Shown: one piece after another, positions 9,363 to 16,934 of the stretch
Position numbering within the stretch: position 1 is the first letter of the stretch
Layout of the letters: every line of letters begins with the position of its first letter
NCBI RefSeq assembly: GCF_000691225.1
Contig: NZ_JMSZ01000007.1
Span: forward strand, 124,846 to 148,845
From: Nitrincola lacisaponensis
GTDB taxonomy: Bacteria; Pseudomonadota; Gammaproteobacteria; Pseudomonadales; Balneatricaceae
DNA length: 24,000 nucleotides
Direction: 5' to 3'
Program-made: the position numbers and the translations under genes
Notes under the pieces: generated by a model
The model's database searches: none
The model's input: the letters and a program-made list of their open reading frames with translations, nothing else
What the model was told of the DNA's origin: nothing

Positions 9363-9409
9363 GAGCCCCACATGGAGGCAGGGGCACTGCTTACATAGCG
9401 AGATCCTGA

Positions 9410-9697
9410 TCAAGCAACGCGTGTTTGTGCCTGACTTTGGCAGCAGTCTGGATGAGTGGCGACAAAATGGCACAGAGTCTTTGTTAATAAAGCCATTTTT
9501 TCAGAGTTACCCTGACGTCGCGCCATTTCGATGTCATCCAGAATATATTGTTTGATCTGATCGCTGGCGTTGTGTTCCACCATGTATTTACCCAGTGCCA
9601 GGGCAATCATGGGTTCCATGTGCTCATGTTCGGCAATGGCGTCAATTTCATCGTCGCTCAGATCACATAACGCCAGACATTCTTCATAGGTCAACAT
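9410..9697 (-). CDS. Hypothetical small acidic Cys/His-rich protein (95 aa)
   Basis: Intact ORF with GAGGA 7 nt upstream of the ATG at 9697. Sequence begins MLTYEECLALCDLSDDEIDAIAEHEH. It has 5 Cys (C-x3-C near the N-terminus and CH-x4-H-x2-CC near the C-terminus) and 5 His. I cannot name a family. Confidence 0.6.
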   Translation of the reverse strand: MLTYEECLALCDLSDDEIDAIAEHEHMEPMIALALGKYMVEHNASDQIKQYILDDIEMARRQGNSEKMALLTKTLCHFVATHPDCCQSQAQTRVA

Positions 9698-10089
9698 CAG
9701 CGCATCCTCATTTTATAATCAGTGGGTGTTGTGGTCGAAGACCACCCAGTAATCTGATTTAAGTCTAGTTCAGTCAGCCGAGAGTAACAGGGGTATAAAT
9801 AGATAAAAATTCAAGTGTTTTTAAGTATTTAAACAATGGTTTCATGCTGCGAATGCACATTTGTGTCGATTGAAAAAGGTAATCTGCTTGTCATAAAAGG
9901 ACTTAGGGTGTGTTGCTGTGCATCACTGGGTGATTTTGTGCAGGCCGCCACCAGGAAAAAAGTCGCATATAAGTATGTGTTGACGTTTTTAGAATTATTG
10001 CCGTCGTTTCCATAGGGTCAACTGAACAGGCTGAGCGCTATTCTGCTGAACAACAGCTAATACCAACAGATCCGTTAATTGGAGCACGT
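9698..10089. promoter_or_regulatory. AT-rich divergent control region between the 95-aa ORF and the dgc-type operon
   Basis: This 392-bp non-coding stretch is visibly more AT-rich than its flanks. It contains a candidate -10 TAGAAT (9990-9995), TTGACG at 9980-9985 (too close to pair with that -10), three copies of the hexamer TGTGCA/TGCACA (9854-9859 inverted, 9917-9922, 9937-9942), and small inverted repeats at 9731-9745 and 9922-9934. Confidence 0.4.
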
Positions 10090-10092
10090 GTG

Positions 10093-11070
10093 ATGACCCC
10101 AGCCGAAATCCATCAGGATGCCATTGTTATCGATGGTTTGATCATTGCCAAATGGAATCGTGAACTCTTCGAAGATATGCGTAAAGGCGGGCTGACTGCG
10201 GCCAGTTGTACGGTGTCAGTTTGGGAGGGTTTTCAGGCAACCGTCAACAATATTGCCGATACAGCCAAGCTGATGCGTGCAAATGCTGATCTGGTCAGGC
10301 CGGTGTATACCACTGCTGATATTCATGCCGCCAAGGCAGAACAGAAAACCGGCATTATTCTGAGTTTTCAGAATGCACATGCCTTTGAAGATCAGATCGG
10401 TTATGTCGAAGTCTTCAAAAAGCTCGGCGTTGGCATCGTTCAGATGTGCTACAACACCCAGAACCTGGTAGGTACTGGCTGCTATGAGCGTGATGGTGGC
10501 CTGTCTGGATTTGGTCGTGAAATCGTTGCTGAAATGAACCGTGTGGGCATTATGTGTGACTTGTCGCATGTGGGTTCAAAAACCTCTGAAGAAGTCATTC
10601 TTGAATCGAAAAAACCTGTCTGTTACTCCCACTGCCTGCCATCTGGTCTGAAAGAGCATCCACGTAACAAGTCGGATGAAGAGCTGAAATTTATTGCCGA
10701 TCATGGCGGCTTTGTCGGCGTAACCATGTTTGCGCCTTTCCTCAAGAAAGGCATTGATTCCACCATCGATGATTATGCTGAAGCGATTGAGTATGTGATG
10801 AATATTGTTGGTGAAGATGCCATCGGTATCGGCACCGATTTTACCCAGGGGCATGATCAGCAGTTCTTTGAGTGGCTGACGCATGACAAGGGCTATGCCC
10901 GCCGTCTGACCCGTTTCGGCAAGATCGTTAATCCGCTCGGTATTCGTACCGTTGGCGAGTTCCCTAATCTGACAGAAACCCTGTTAAAGCGTGGCATGAG
11001 CGAACCCCAGGTGCGCAAAATCATGGGCGAGAACTGGGTACGCGTGCTGAAAGACGTTTGGGGCGCTTGA
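10093..11070 (+). CDS. Peptidase M19 (renal/membrane dipeptidase)-like protein, divergent and probably non-peptidase; first gene of the dgc-type operon (PA5396-like)
   Basis: M19 backbone motifs recognisable by eye against human DPEP1: CDLSHVG (DLAHVS), CYSHC (FSHSS), HPRNKSDEEL (RRNVPDDVL), GIGTDFTQG (GFGGDFDG) and NWVRVLKDVW (NLLRVFEAV). The ATG at 10093 has GGAG 8 nt upstream. The GTG at 10090 is an alternative start. Confidence 0.85.
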   Translation: MTPAEIHQDAIVIDGLIIAKWNRELFEDMRKGGLTAASCTVSVWEGFQATVNNIADTAKLMRANADLVRPVYTTADIHAAKAEQKTGIILSFQNAHAFEDQIGYVEVFKKLGVGIVQMCYNTQNLVGTGCYERDGGLSGFGREIVAEMNRVGIMCDLSHVGSKTSEEVILESKKPVCYSHCLPSGLKEHPRNKSDEELKFIADHGGFVGVTMFAPFLKKGIDSTIDDYAEAIEYVMNIVGEDAIGIGTDFTQGHDQQFFEWLTHDKGYARRLTRFGKIVNPLGIRTVGEFPNLTETLLKRGMSEPQVRKIMGENWVRVLKDVWGA

Positions 11071-11140
11071 TCGCCTCTGGTTTGATCTGTTGTTGATCTG
11101 TCAATGAATTCTGAAAAATAAGGTGATAATTGTGACAAAA

Positions 11141-11665
11141 ATGGCTCCTGAACTGCCCATCGAAGTGGATAGCGAAACCGGCGTCTGGACAACTGATGCG
11201 TTGCCGATGCTCTATGTGCCAAGACACTTTTTCATTAATAACCATCAGGCGATTGAAGAAGAGCTGGGGCCAGAGCGATATGCCGAAATTCTGTATAAGG
11301 CGGGTTACAAGAGTGCGTGGCACTGGTGTGAAAAAGAGGCTGAGTTACATGGCCTGTCCGGTGTTGATGTGTTTGAGCACTATATGAAACGCCTGTCACA
11401 GAGAGGCTGGGGCAAGTTTATTACCGAAGAGATCGATTTGCAGGCTGGAGCCTGTAAGGTCCGGCTTGAGCATTCCGCTTTTGTATATCACTACGGAAAA
11501 GTGAATCGCAAGATTGAGTATATGTTCACTGGCTGGTTTGCCGGTGCCATGGATCAGATTCTGCAGGCACAGGGCAGCACACTGCGTACCCAGGCTGAAC
11601 AGATCCAAAGTGCCGCCGAAGATGGGTGTGATGTCGGGTACTTCATCACGCGTCCGCTGGCTTGA
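11141..11665 (+). CDS. V4R (4-vinyl reductase) domain protein of unknown role (PA5397-like)
   Basis: About 175-aa soluble protein. The C-terminal half (GWGKFITEEIDLQAGACKVRLEHSAFVYHYG...FTGWFAGAMDQIL) resembles the V4R small-molecule-binding fold. Its position between the M19-like gene and dgcA matches the Pseudomonas synteny as I recall it. Start is ambiguous: ATG 11141, GTG 11132 or GTG 11123. Confidence 0.75.
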   Translation: MAPELPIEVDSETGVWTTDALPMLYVPRHFFINNHQAIEEELGPERYAEILYKAGYKSAWHWCEKEAELHGLSGVDVFEHYMKRLSQRGWGKFITEEIDLQAGACKVRLEHSAFVYHYGKVNRKIEYMFTGWFAGAMDQILQAQGSTLRTQAEQIQSAAEDGCDVGYFITRPLA

Positions 11666-11686
11666 TTCATATTTCAGGAGTGTTCC

Positions 11687-13756
11687 ATGTCTCAGTTTGA
11701 TGCGCTGTTTCAGCCGATTCAGATCGGCAAGCTGACCATTCGTAACCGAGTGGTCAGTACTGCCCATGCAGAAGTCTATGCCACTGATGGCGGCATGACG
11801 ACAGACCGCTATGTCAAATACTATGAAGAAAAAGCCAAGGGAGGGTGTGGTCTGTGCATCTGTGGTGGCTCATCGGTTGTATCAATCGATAGTCCTCAGG
11901 CCTGGTGGAGTTCGGTTAATCTGTCGACTGACCGCATTATTCCGCATTTTCAGAATCTGGCGGATGCTGTACACAAGCATGGCGGCAAGATCATGATCCA
12001 GATTACCCATATGGGACGGCGTTCGCGCTGGGATGGCTATCACTGGTCCACACTGATGTCGCCCTCTGGTATTCGTGAACCTGTGCATCGCTCTACCTGT
12101 AAAACCATTGAGCCTGAAGAGATTCAACGGATTATCGGTGATTATGCCAAAGCAGCACGACGTGCCAAAGACGGTGGTCTGGATGGTGTTGAGCTGTCTG
12201 CGGTTCACCAGCATCTGATCGATCAGTTCTGGAGCCCGCGTGTTAACAAGCGTACCGATGAGTGGGGTGGCAGCTTTGAAAATCGCATGCGTTTTGGCAT
12301 GGAAGTGCTGAAAGCAGTCCGCGAAGAAGTGGGTCCTGATTTCGTTGTCGGTATGCGTATCTGTGGTGACGAGTTCCATCCGGACGGTCTGACCCATGAG
12401 GATATGAAGCAGATAGCCGCCTATTATGACGCAACGGGACTGGTGGACTTCTTCGGTGTTATCGGTTCAGGCTGTGACACGCATAACACGCTGGCGAACG
12501 TGATTCCGAACATGTCCTACCCTCCTGAACCCTTCCTGCACCTGGCATCAGGGATCAAGGAAGTGGTCAAAGTACCGGTGATTCATGCCCAGAACATTAA
12601 AGATCCGAATCAGGCGCAGCGTATCCTGGAAGGTGGTTATGTTGATCTGGTTGGCATGACCCGTGCGCATATTGCGGATCCACATATCATCGCCAAGATC
12701 AAAATGGGACAGATTGATCAGATCCGTCAGTGCGTCGGTGCCAACTACTGTATTGACCGTCAGTATCAGGGGCTGGACGTACTCTGTATCCAGAATGCGG
12801 CGACTTCCCGTGAGTATATGGGCTTGCCACATATTATCGAAAAAACTGAAGGGCCTGTACGCAAGGTTGTGGTAGTGGGTGGTGGCCCGGCGGGTATGGA
12901 AGCGGCCCGTGTCGCGGCAGAGCGTGGTCATCAGGTGGTGCTGTTTGAAGCTCAGCCGCAATTGGGTGGCCAGATTACCCTGGCAGCCAAAGCACCTCAG
13001 CGCGACCAGATGGCGGGCATTACCCGCTGGTATCAGCTGGAGCTGGCGCGCTTGCAGGTTGATGTGCGCCTGAATAGCTATGCAGATGAAGCGATGATTC
13101 GCGCTGAACAGGCGGATATTGTCATTCTGGCAGTGGGTGGTAAGCCCTTTGTTGAGCAGGTGCCGGAATGGGGTGCTGATGAAGGCTTGATTGTGAGTAG
13201 CTGGGATATTCTGGATGGCAAGGTTGCGCCCGGAAAAAATGTACTGGTGTATGACACTATCTGCGAATTTACCGGTATGTCGACGGCTGATTATCTGTCA
13301 GAAAAAGGCAGTCAGGTCGAGCTGGTGACAGATGATATCAAGCCTGGTGCTGCCGTGGGGGGGACGACTTTCCCGACTTACTATCGCAGCCTTTACCCCA
13401 AAGAGGTCATCATGACTCCGGATCTGGCGTTGCATAAGGTCTACCGTGAAGGCGAGCAGCTGGTTGCGGTGCTGGAGAACGAGTATACCGGTCAGCTTGA
13501 AGAACGTGTGGTCGATCAGGTGGTGGTTGAAAACGGCGTACGCCCGGATGAATCCCTCTATTATGCGCTGAAGCCCGATTCCCTGAATAAAGGGCAGATC
13601 GATGTTGAGGCTCTGTATGCGATTCAGCCGCAGCCCTGTTTGAGTGAGTCGACCGACGGTGATGCCTTCCTGCTGTTCCGTATAGGTGACTGTACGGCAC
13701 CGCGTAACACCCATGCAGCCATCTACGATGCACTGCGTCTTTGCAAGGACTTCTGA
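11687..13756 (+). CDS. dgcA: DgcA-type NADH:flavin oxidoreductase (OYE-like FMN barrel, Cys cluster motif and FAD/NAD(P) domain); dimethylglycine demethylation protein
   Basis: 689 aa with the trimethylamine dehydrogenase / 2,4-dienoyl-CoA reductase architecture. N-terminal TIM-barrel motifs are NRVVSTAH and GLDGVELSAVHQHLIDQFWSPRVNKRTDEWGGSFENRMRF. The central Cys motif is at residues 349-367. The Rossmann motif is VVVVGGGPAGMEAARVAAERGHQVVLFE. AGGAG lies 6 nt upstream of the ATG. Confidence 0.85.
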   Translation: MSQFDALFQPIQIGKLTIRNRVVSTAHAEVYATDGGMTTDRYVKYYEEKAKGGCGLCICGGSSVVSIDSPQAWWSSVNLSTDRIIPHFQNLADAVHKHGGKIMIQITHMGRRSRWDGYHWSTLMSPSGIREPVHRSTCKTIEPEEIQRIIGDYAKAARRAKDGGLDGVELSAVHQHLIDQFWSPRVNKRTDEWGGSFENRMRFGMEVLKAVREEVGPDFVVGMRICGDEFHPDGLTHEDMKQIAAYYDATGLVDFFGVIGSGCDTHNTLANVIPNMSYPPEPFLHLASGIKEVVKVPVIHAQNIKDPNQAQRILEGGYVDLVGMTRAHIADPHIIAKIKMGQIDQIRQCVGANYCIDRQYQGLDVLCIQNAATSREYMGLPHIIEKTEGPVRKVVVVGGGPAGMEAARVAAERGHQVVLFEAQPQLGGQITLAAKAPQRDQMAGITRWYQLELARLQVDVRLNSYADEAMIRAEQADIVILAVGGKPFVEQVPEWGADEGLIVSSWDILDGKVAPGKNVLVYDTICEFTGMSTADYLSEKGSQVELVTDDIKPGAAVGGTTFPTYYRSLYPKEVIMTPDLALHKVYREGEQLVAVLENEYTGQLEERVVDQVVVENGVRPDESLYYALKPDSLNKGQIDVEALYAIQPQPCLSESTDGDAFLLFRIGDCTAPRNTHAAIYDALRLCKDF

Positions 13757-13770
13757 TTCGGAGAGAGGTT

Positions 13771-15690
13771 ATGTTAAACCTTGTCTTGCCTCTGTTAATC
13801 GGGGTAGCCCTGCTGTTAGCCGTAATAGGGGCGGTACGACGGATTCGATTGTGGCGCAATGGACGGCCATCACCGGTAGCGCTGATGGCGGGCCTTGCGG
13901 CCATGCCACGGCGTTATCTGGTGGATCTGCACCATGTGGTGGGACGTGATAAGTATATTTCCAACACCCATGTGGCAACGGCTGGTGGCTTTGTACTGGC
14001 GGCTGTGCTGGCCATTCTGGTGCATGGCTTGCAGCTCGACAGCCGGATACTGGCGTGGGGCTTGCTGCTGGCGACAGCTGTGATGTTCTGTGGTGCCGTG
14101 TTTGTTGCACGGCGACGCATCGATCCACCGGCACGCTTGTCCAAAGGTCCCTGGATGCGTTTGCCGAAAAGTCTGCTGGCATTTGCGAGTGGTTTTTTTC
14201 TGCTCACGCTGCCCGTTGCGGGACTGGTGCCTGCCCAACTGGGCGGTATGCTGGTTGGCCTGCTACTGTTGGCGCTGGTGATCTGGGGCCTGGGTGAGCT
14301 ATTTTTCGGTATGACCTGGGGTGGACCGATGAAGCATGCCTTTGCAGGAGCCTTGCATCTGGCCTTTCATCGTCGCCCCGAGCGCTTTGGTGGTGGACGT
14401 TCGACCGGATTAAAACCCTTGAATCTGGATGACTCGAACGCGCCTTTGGGTGTTGAAAAACCGGCTGATTTCACCTGGAATCAATTGCTGGGATTTGATG
14501 CCTGTGTGCAATGTGGCCGTTGTGAGGCCATGTGTCCGGCATTTGCAGCGGGACAGCCACTGAATCCAAAAAAACTGATTCAGGATATGGTGGTGGGCCT
14601 GGCAGGCGGTAATGATGCGGCCTATGCCGGTTCTCCCTACCCGGGCAAAGCGGTTGGCGAACATCAAGGCAATCCATTCAGCGCTATCATTGCGCGTGAA
14701 GGGCAGGGCCTGGTAGATGCTGAAACACTCTGGTCCTGTACCACCTGTCGTGCCTGTGTAGAAGAGTGCCCGATGATGATTGAGCATGTGGATGCCATTG
14801 TGGACATGCGTCGTCATTTGACACTTGAGCGTGGACAGACGCCGAACAAGGGTGCCGAGGTGATAGAGAATCTCATCGCAACGGATAACCCCAACGGTTT
14901 TGATCCCCAGTCACGTATGCACTGGGCTGCAGACCTGGCTCTGCCGGTTCTTGCCGAGGTCAAGCGAACGGATGTACTGCTGTGGCTGGGTGATGGCGCT
15001 TTTGATATGCGTAATCAACGCAGTCTGCGTGCATTGGTCAAGCTCTTGCGCGCTGCAAACGTTGACTTTGCCGTGCTGGGGAATGAAGAGCGTGATTCAG
15101 GTGATGTGGCACGTCGCCTGGGTGATGAAGCGACTTTTCAATCCCTGGCAAAACGTAATATCGCGACCCTGGATCAGTACAGTTTTCGCAGTATTGTGAC
15201 CTGCGATCCGCACAGCTTCCATGTGTTGAAAAATGAGTATGGTGACCTGGGTGGCCAGTACGTGGTGTATCACCATACCACTTACCTCAACCAGTTACGT
15301 CAAGTGGGCAAGCTGCAGTTTTCCCAGTACAAGGGAGGGCGTGTTACCTATCATGACCCCTGCTATCTCGGGCGCTACAATGGCGAGTATCAGGCACCTC
15401 GTGATCTTCTGGCTGCTGCAGGCGTCACTGTTGTCGAGATGGAGCGTTCCGGATTTCGCTCCCGTTGCTGTGGTGGCGGTGGTGGCGCACCTATCACGGA
15501 TATACCTGGCCAGCAGCGTATCCCAGATATGCGCATGGCGGATATCCGTGAAACAGGTGCTGATCTGGTGGCCGTTGGCTGTCCCCAGTGTACCGCGATG
15601 CTTGAAGGGGTGGTGGAACCACGTGCTGAAGTGCTCGATATTGCTGAAATTCTGGCGAATGCATTGCAGGAATCGGAGGTGCACTCATGA
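13771..15690 (+). CDS. dgcB: DgcB-type membrane-anchored (Fe-S)-binding protein (2x[4Fe-4S] ferredoxin motifs and CCG domains)
   Basis: Hydrophobic N-terminal domain of about 200 aa. Ferredoxin motifs CVQCGRCEAMCP and CTTCRACVEECP. Cys-rich CCG-type C-terminal repeats (VTCDPHSF, HDPCYLGR, SRCCGGGGG, GCPQC), as in GlpC/HdrD-like proteins. The ATG at 13771 is preceded by GAGAGAGG. The ORF-track TTG at 13741 would overlap dgcA. Confidence 0.85.
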   Translation: MLNLVLPLLIGVALLLAVIGAVRRIRLWRNGRPSPVALMAGLAAMPRRYLVDLHHVVGRDKYISNTHVATAGGFVLAAVLAILVHGLQLDSRILAWGLLLATAVMFCGAVFVARRRIDPPARLSKGPWMRLPKSLLAFASGFFLLTLPVAGLVPAQLGGMLVGLLLLALVIWGLGELFFGMTWGGPMKHAFAGALHLAFHRRPERFGGGRSTGLKPLNLDDSNAPLGVEKPADFTWNQLLGFDACVQCGRCEAMCPAFAAGQPLNPKKLIQDMVVGLAGGNDAAYAGSPYPGKAVGEHQGNPFSAIIAREGQGLVDAETLWSCTTCRACVEECPMMIEHVDAIVDMRRHLTLERGQTPNKGAEVIENLIATDNPNGFDPQSRMHWAADLALPVLAEVKRTDVLLWLGDGAFDMRNQRSLRALVKLLRAANVDFAVLGNEERDSGDVARRLGDEATFQSLAKRNIATLDQYSFRSIVTCDPHSFHVLKNEYGDLGGQYVVYHHTTYLNQLRQVGKLQFSQYKGGRVTYHDPCYLGRYNGEYQAPRDLLAAAGVTVVEMERSGFRSRCCGGGGGAPITDIPGQQRIPDMRMADIRETGADLVAVGCPQCTAMLEGVVEPRAEVLDIAEILANALQESEVHS

Positions 15691-16934
15691 GTACTACGCG
15701 TCGTCGGGATCCGCGTGCAGAACGCATATTACGCAATCGCCTGCATCCGCTGCATTTGACGTTGCAGTTGCAGCATTCAGGTGTTGCCGAATGGCTGGGG
15801 CCCAATGGAGTCAAACGGCGTAATCCGCATCTGGTGGGCTTTATTGGACCCAATGGGGTACGCCGTATTGATCGCAGTGGTGCGCAAAGCGCGGCATCCC
15901 AGACTCAGGTGCATGTCACTGAGCAGGACACGCGTCGAACCGTACAGCTGGATCATCCTGATCACTACATTACCGTCATACCGGATATGACGGGTGGGCG
16001 TTTAAGCGCTGCCGACAAGGATCTGCTGGGGCTGGCACAGCGACTGGCTGCGGAAAAGCCCAATACAGCCGTTCTGGTTGTGGTCTTTGGGGAGTCCAAA
16101 GAGACGCAGCTGGGAGAGGCCGGTGCAGACCGCGTGCTGACGGTTGCCGACCCGCTGTTTCAGCAATATTCACCGGAACAGCGCCTGGCCTGGCTGCTGG
16201 CGCTGGAGCAGGCGCTGCAACCGGATTACTGGCTGCTTCCTGATTCAGGTCTGGGTGGTGGTGATCTCGGTCGCCGTTTGGCGGTGGCGTTGAATGTACG
16301 TGCAGCGACAGGACTCTGGCAGGTCAATCTGGATGGTGACATGCCAACCTGTGTCTGTCGTGCTGCTGCCGCGACACAGGATCTGTTACGCGATTTGCCA
16401 AGAGTACTGCTGGCGTTACCTGAATGTGCCGAACCTGTCAGTGAAACCCGCCATGAGGCCCTTGAACTGGATATTCCGGTTTCTCCGGCAGCGGTGAACC
16501 CCGCAATTGAAGATCTGGGCGCAGTGGCAGTGGATCCGGCGAGTGTCGCACTGGCAGAGGCTGAATTCATTTTGTCAGGTGGAAATGGTGTCAGAGACTG
16601 GCCCGGTTTTCATCAGGCAGCACGTGTACTGGGCGCTACGGAGGGAGCATCCCGTGTGGCTGTGGATGATGGTTTTATGCCGCGTGACCGGCAGGTGGGC
16701 GCAACCGGAACCTGGGTGACGGCCCGGGTGTATCTGGCAGTGGGAATTTCAGGTGCCATCCAGCACCTGCAGGGTATCCAGAGTTGTGAAAAGGTGATCA
16801 GTATCAATACAGATCCTGGATGTGACATGGTAAAACGGGCTGATCTTGCTGTGATTGGTGATGCAGCTGCAATTCTGCAGGCGTTAACAGAGAAAGTTGG
16901 CCAGCTGAAACAGGAGGTGCGTGATGTTGCCTGA
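15687..16934 (+). CDS. etfA: Electron transfer flavoprotein alpha-subunit-like protein with an N-terminal extension of about 93 aa (PA5400-like)
   Basis: C-terminal FAD-binding signature RQVGATGTWVTARVYLAVGISGAIQHLQGIQSCEKVISINTDP. ATGA start/stop overlap with dgcB, and GGAGG 7 nt upstream. The canonical ETF-alpha fold begins near YITVIPDMTGG (about residue 94). Confidence 0.85.
   Translation: MSTTRRRDPRAERILRNRLHPLHLTLQLQHSGVAEWLGPNGVKRRNPHLVGFIGPNGVRRIDRSGAQSAASQTQVHVTEQDTRRTVQLDHPDHYITVIPDMTGGRLSAADKDLLGLAQRLAAEKPNTAVLVVVFGESKETQLGEAGADRVLTVADPLFQQYSPEQRLAWLLALEQALQPDYWLLPDSGLGGGDLGRRLAVALNVRAATGLWQVNLDGDMPTCVCRAAAATQDLLRDLPRVLLALPECAEPVSETRHEALELDIPVSPAAVNPAIEDLGAVAVDPASVALAEAEFILSGGNGVRDWPGFHQAARVLGATEGASRVAVDDGFMPRDRQVGATGTWVTARVYLAVGISGAIQHLQGIQSCEKVISINTDPGCDMVKRADLAVIGDAAAILQALTEKVGQLKQEVRDVA

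Noticed and set aside
9836-10015. 59-aa Cys-rich ORF (MVSCCECTFVSIEKGN...VCCCAS...) in the AT-rich region upstream of the dgc-type operon
   Set aside because: There is no Shine-Dalgarno sequence before the ATG. It spans the likely promoter elements and repeats. Its composition reflects TGT/TGC-containing repeats (the TGTGCA hexamers) and not coding signal. Ribosome profiling could rescue it, but I do not call it.
13410-14297. Cluster of overlapping 60-164-aa ORFs in several frames around the dgcA/dgcB junction
   Set aside because: All of them overlap the motif-supported dgcA and dgcB frames. Their Arg/Pro/Ala-rich products are consistent with off-frame reading of GC-rich membrane-protein codons.
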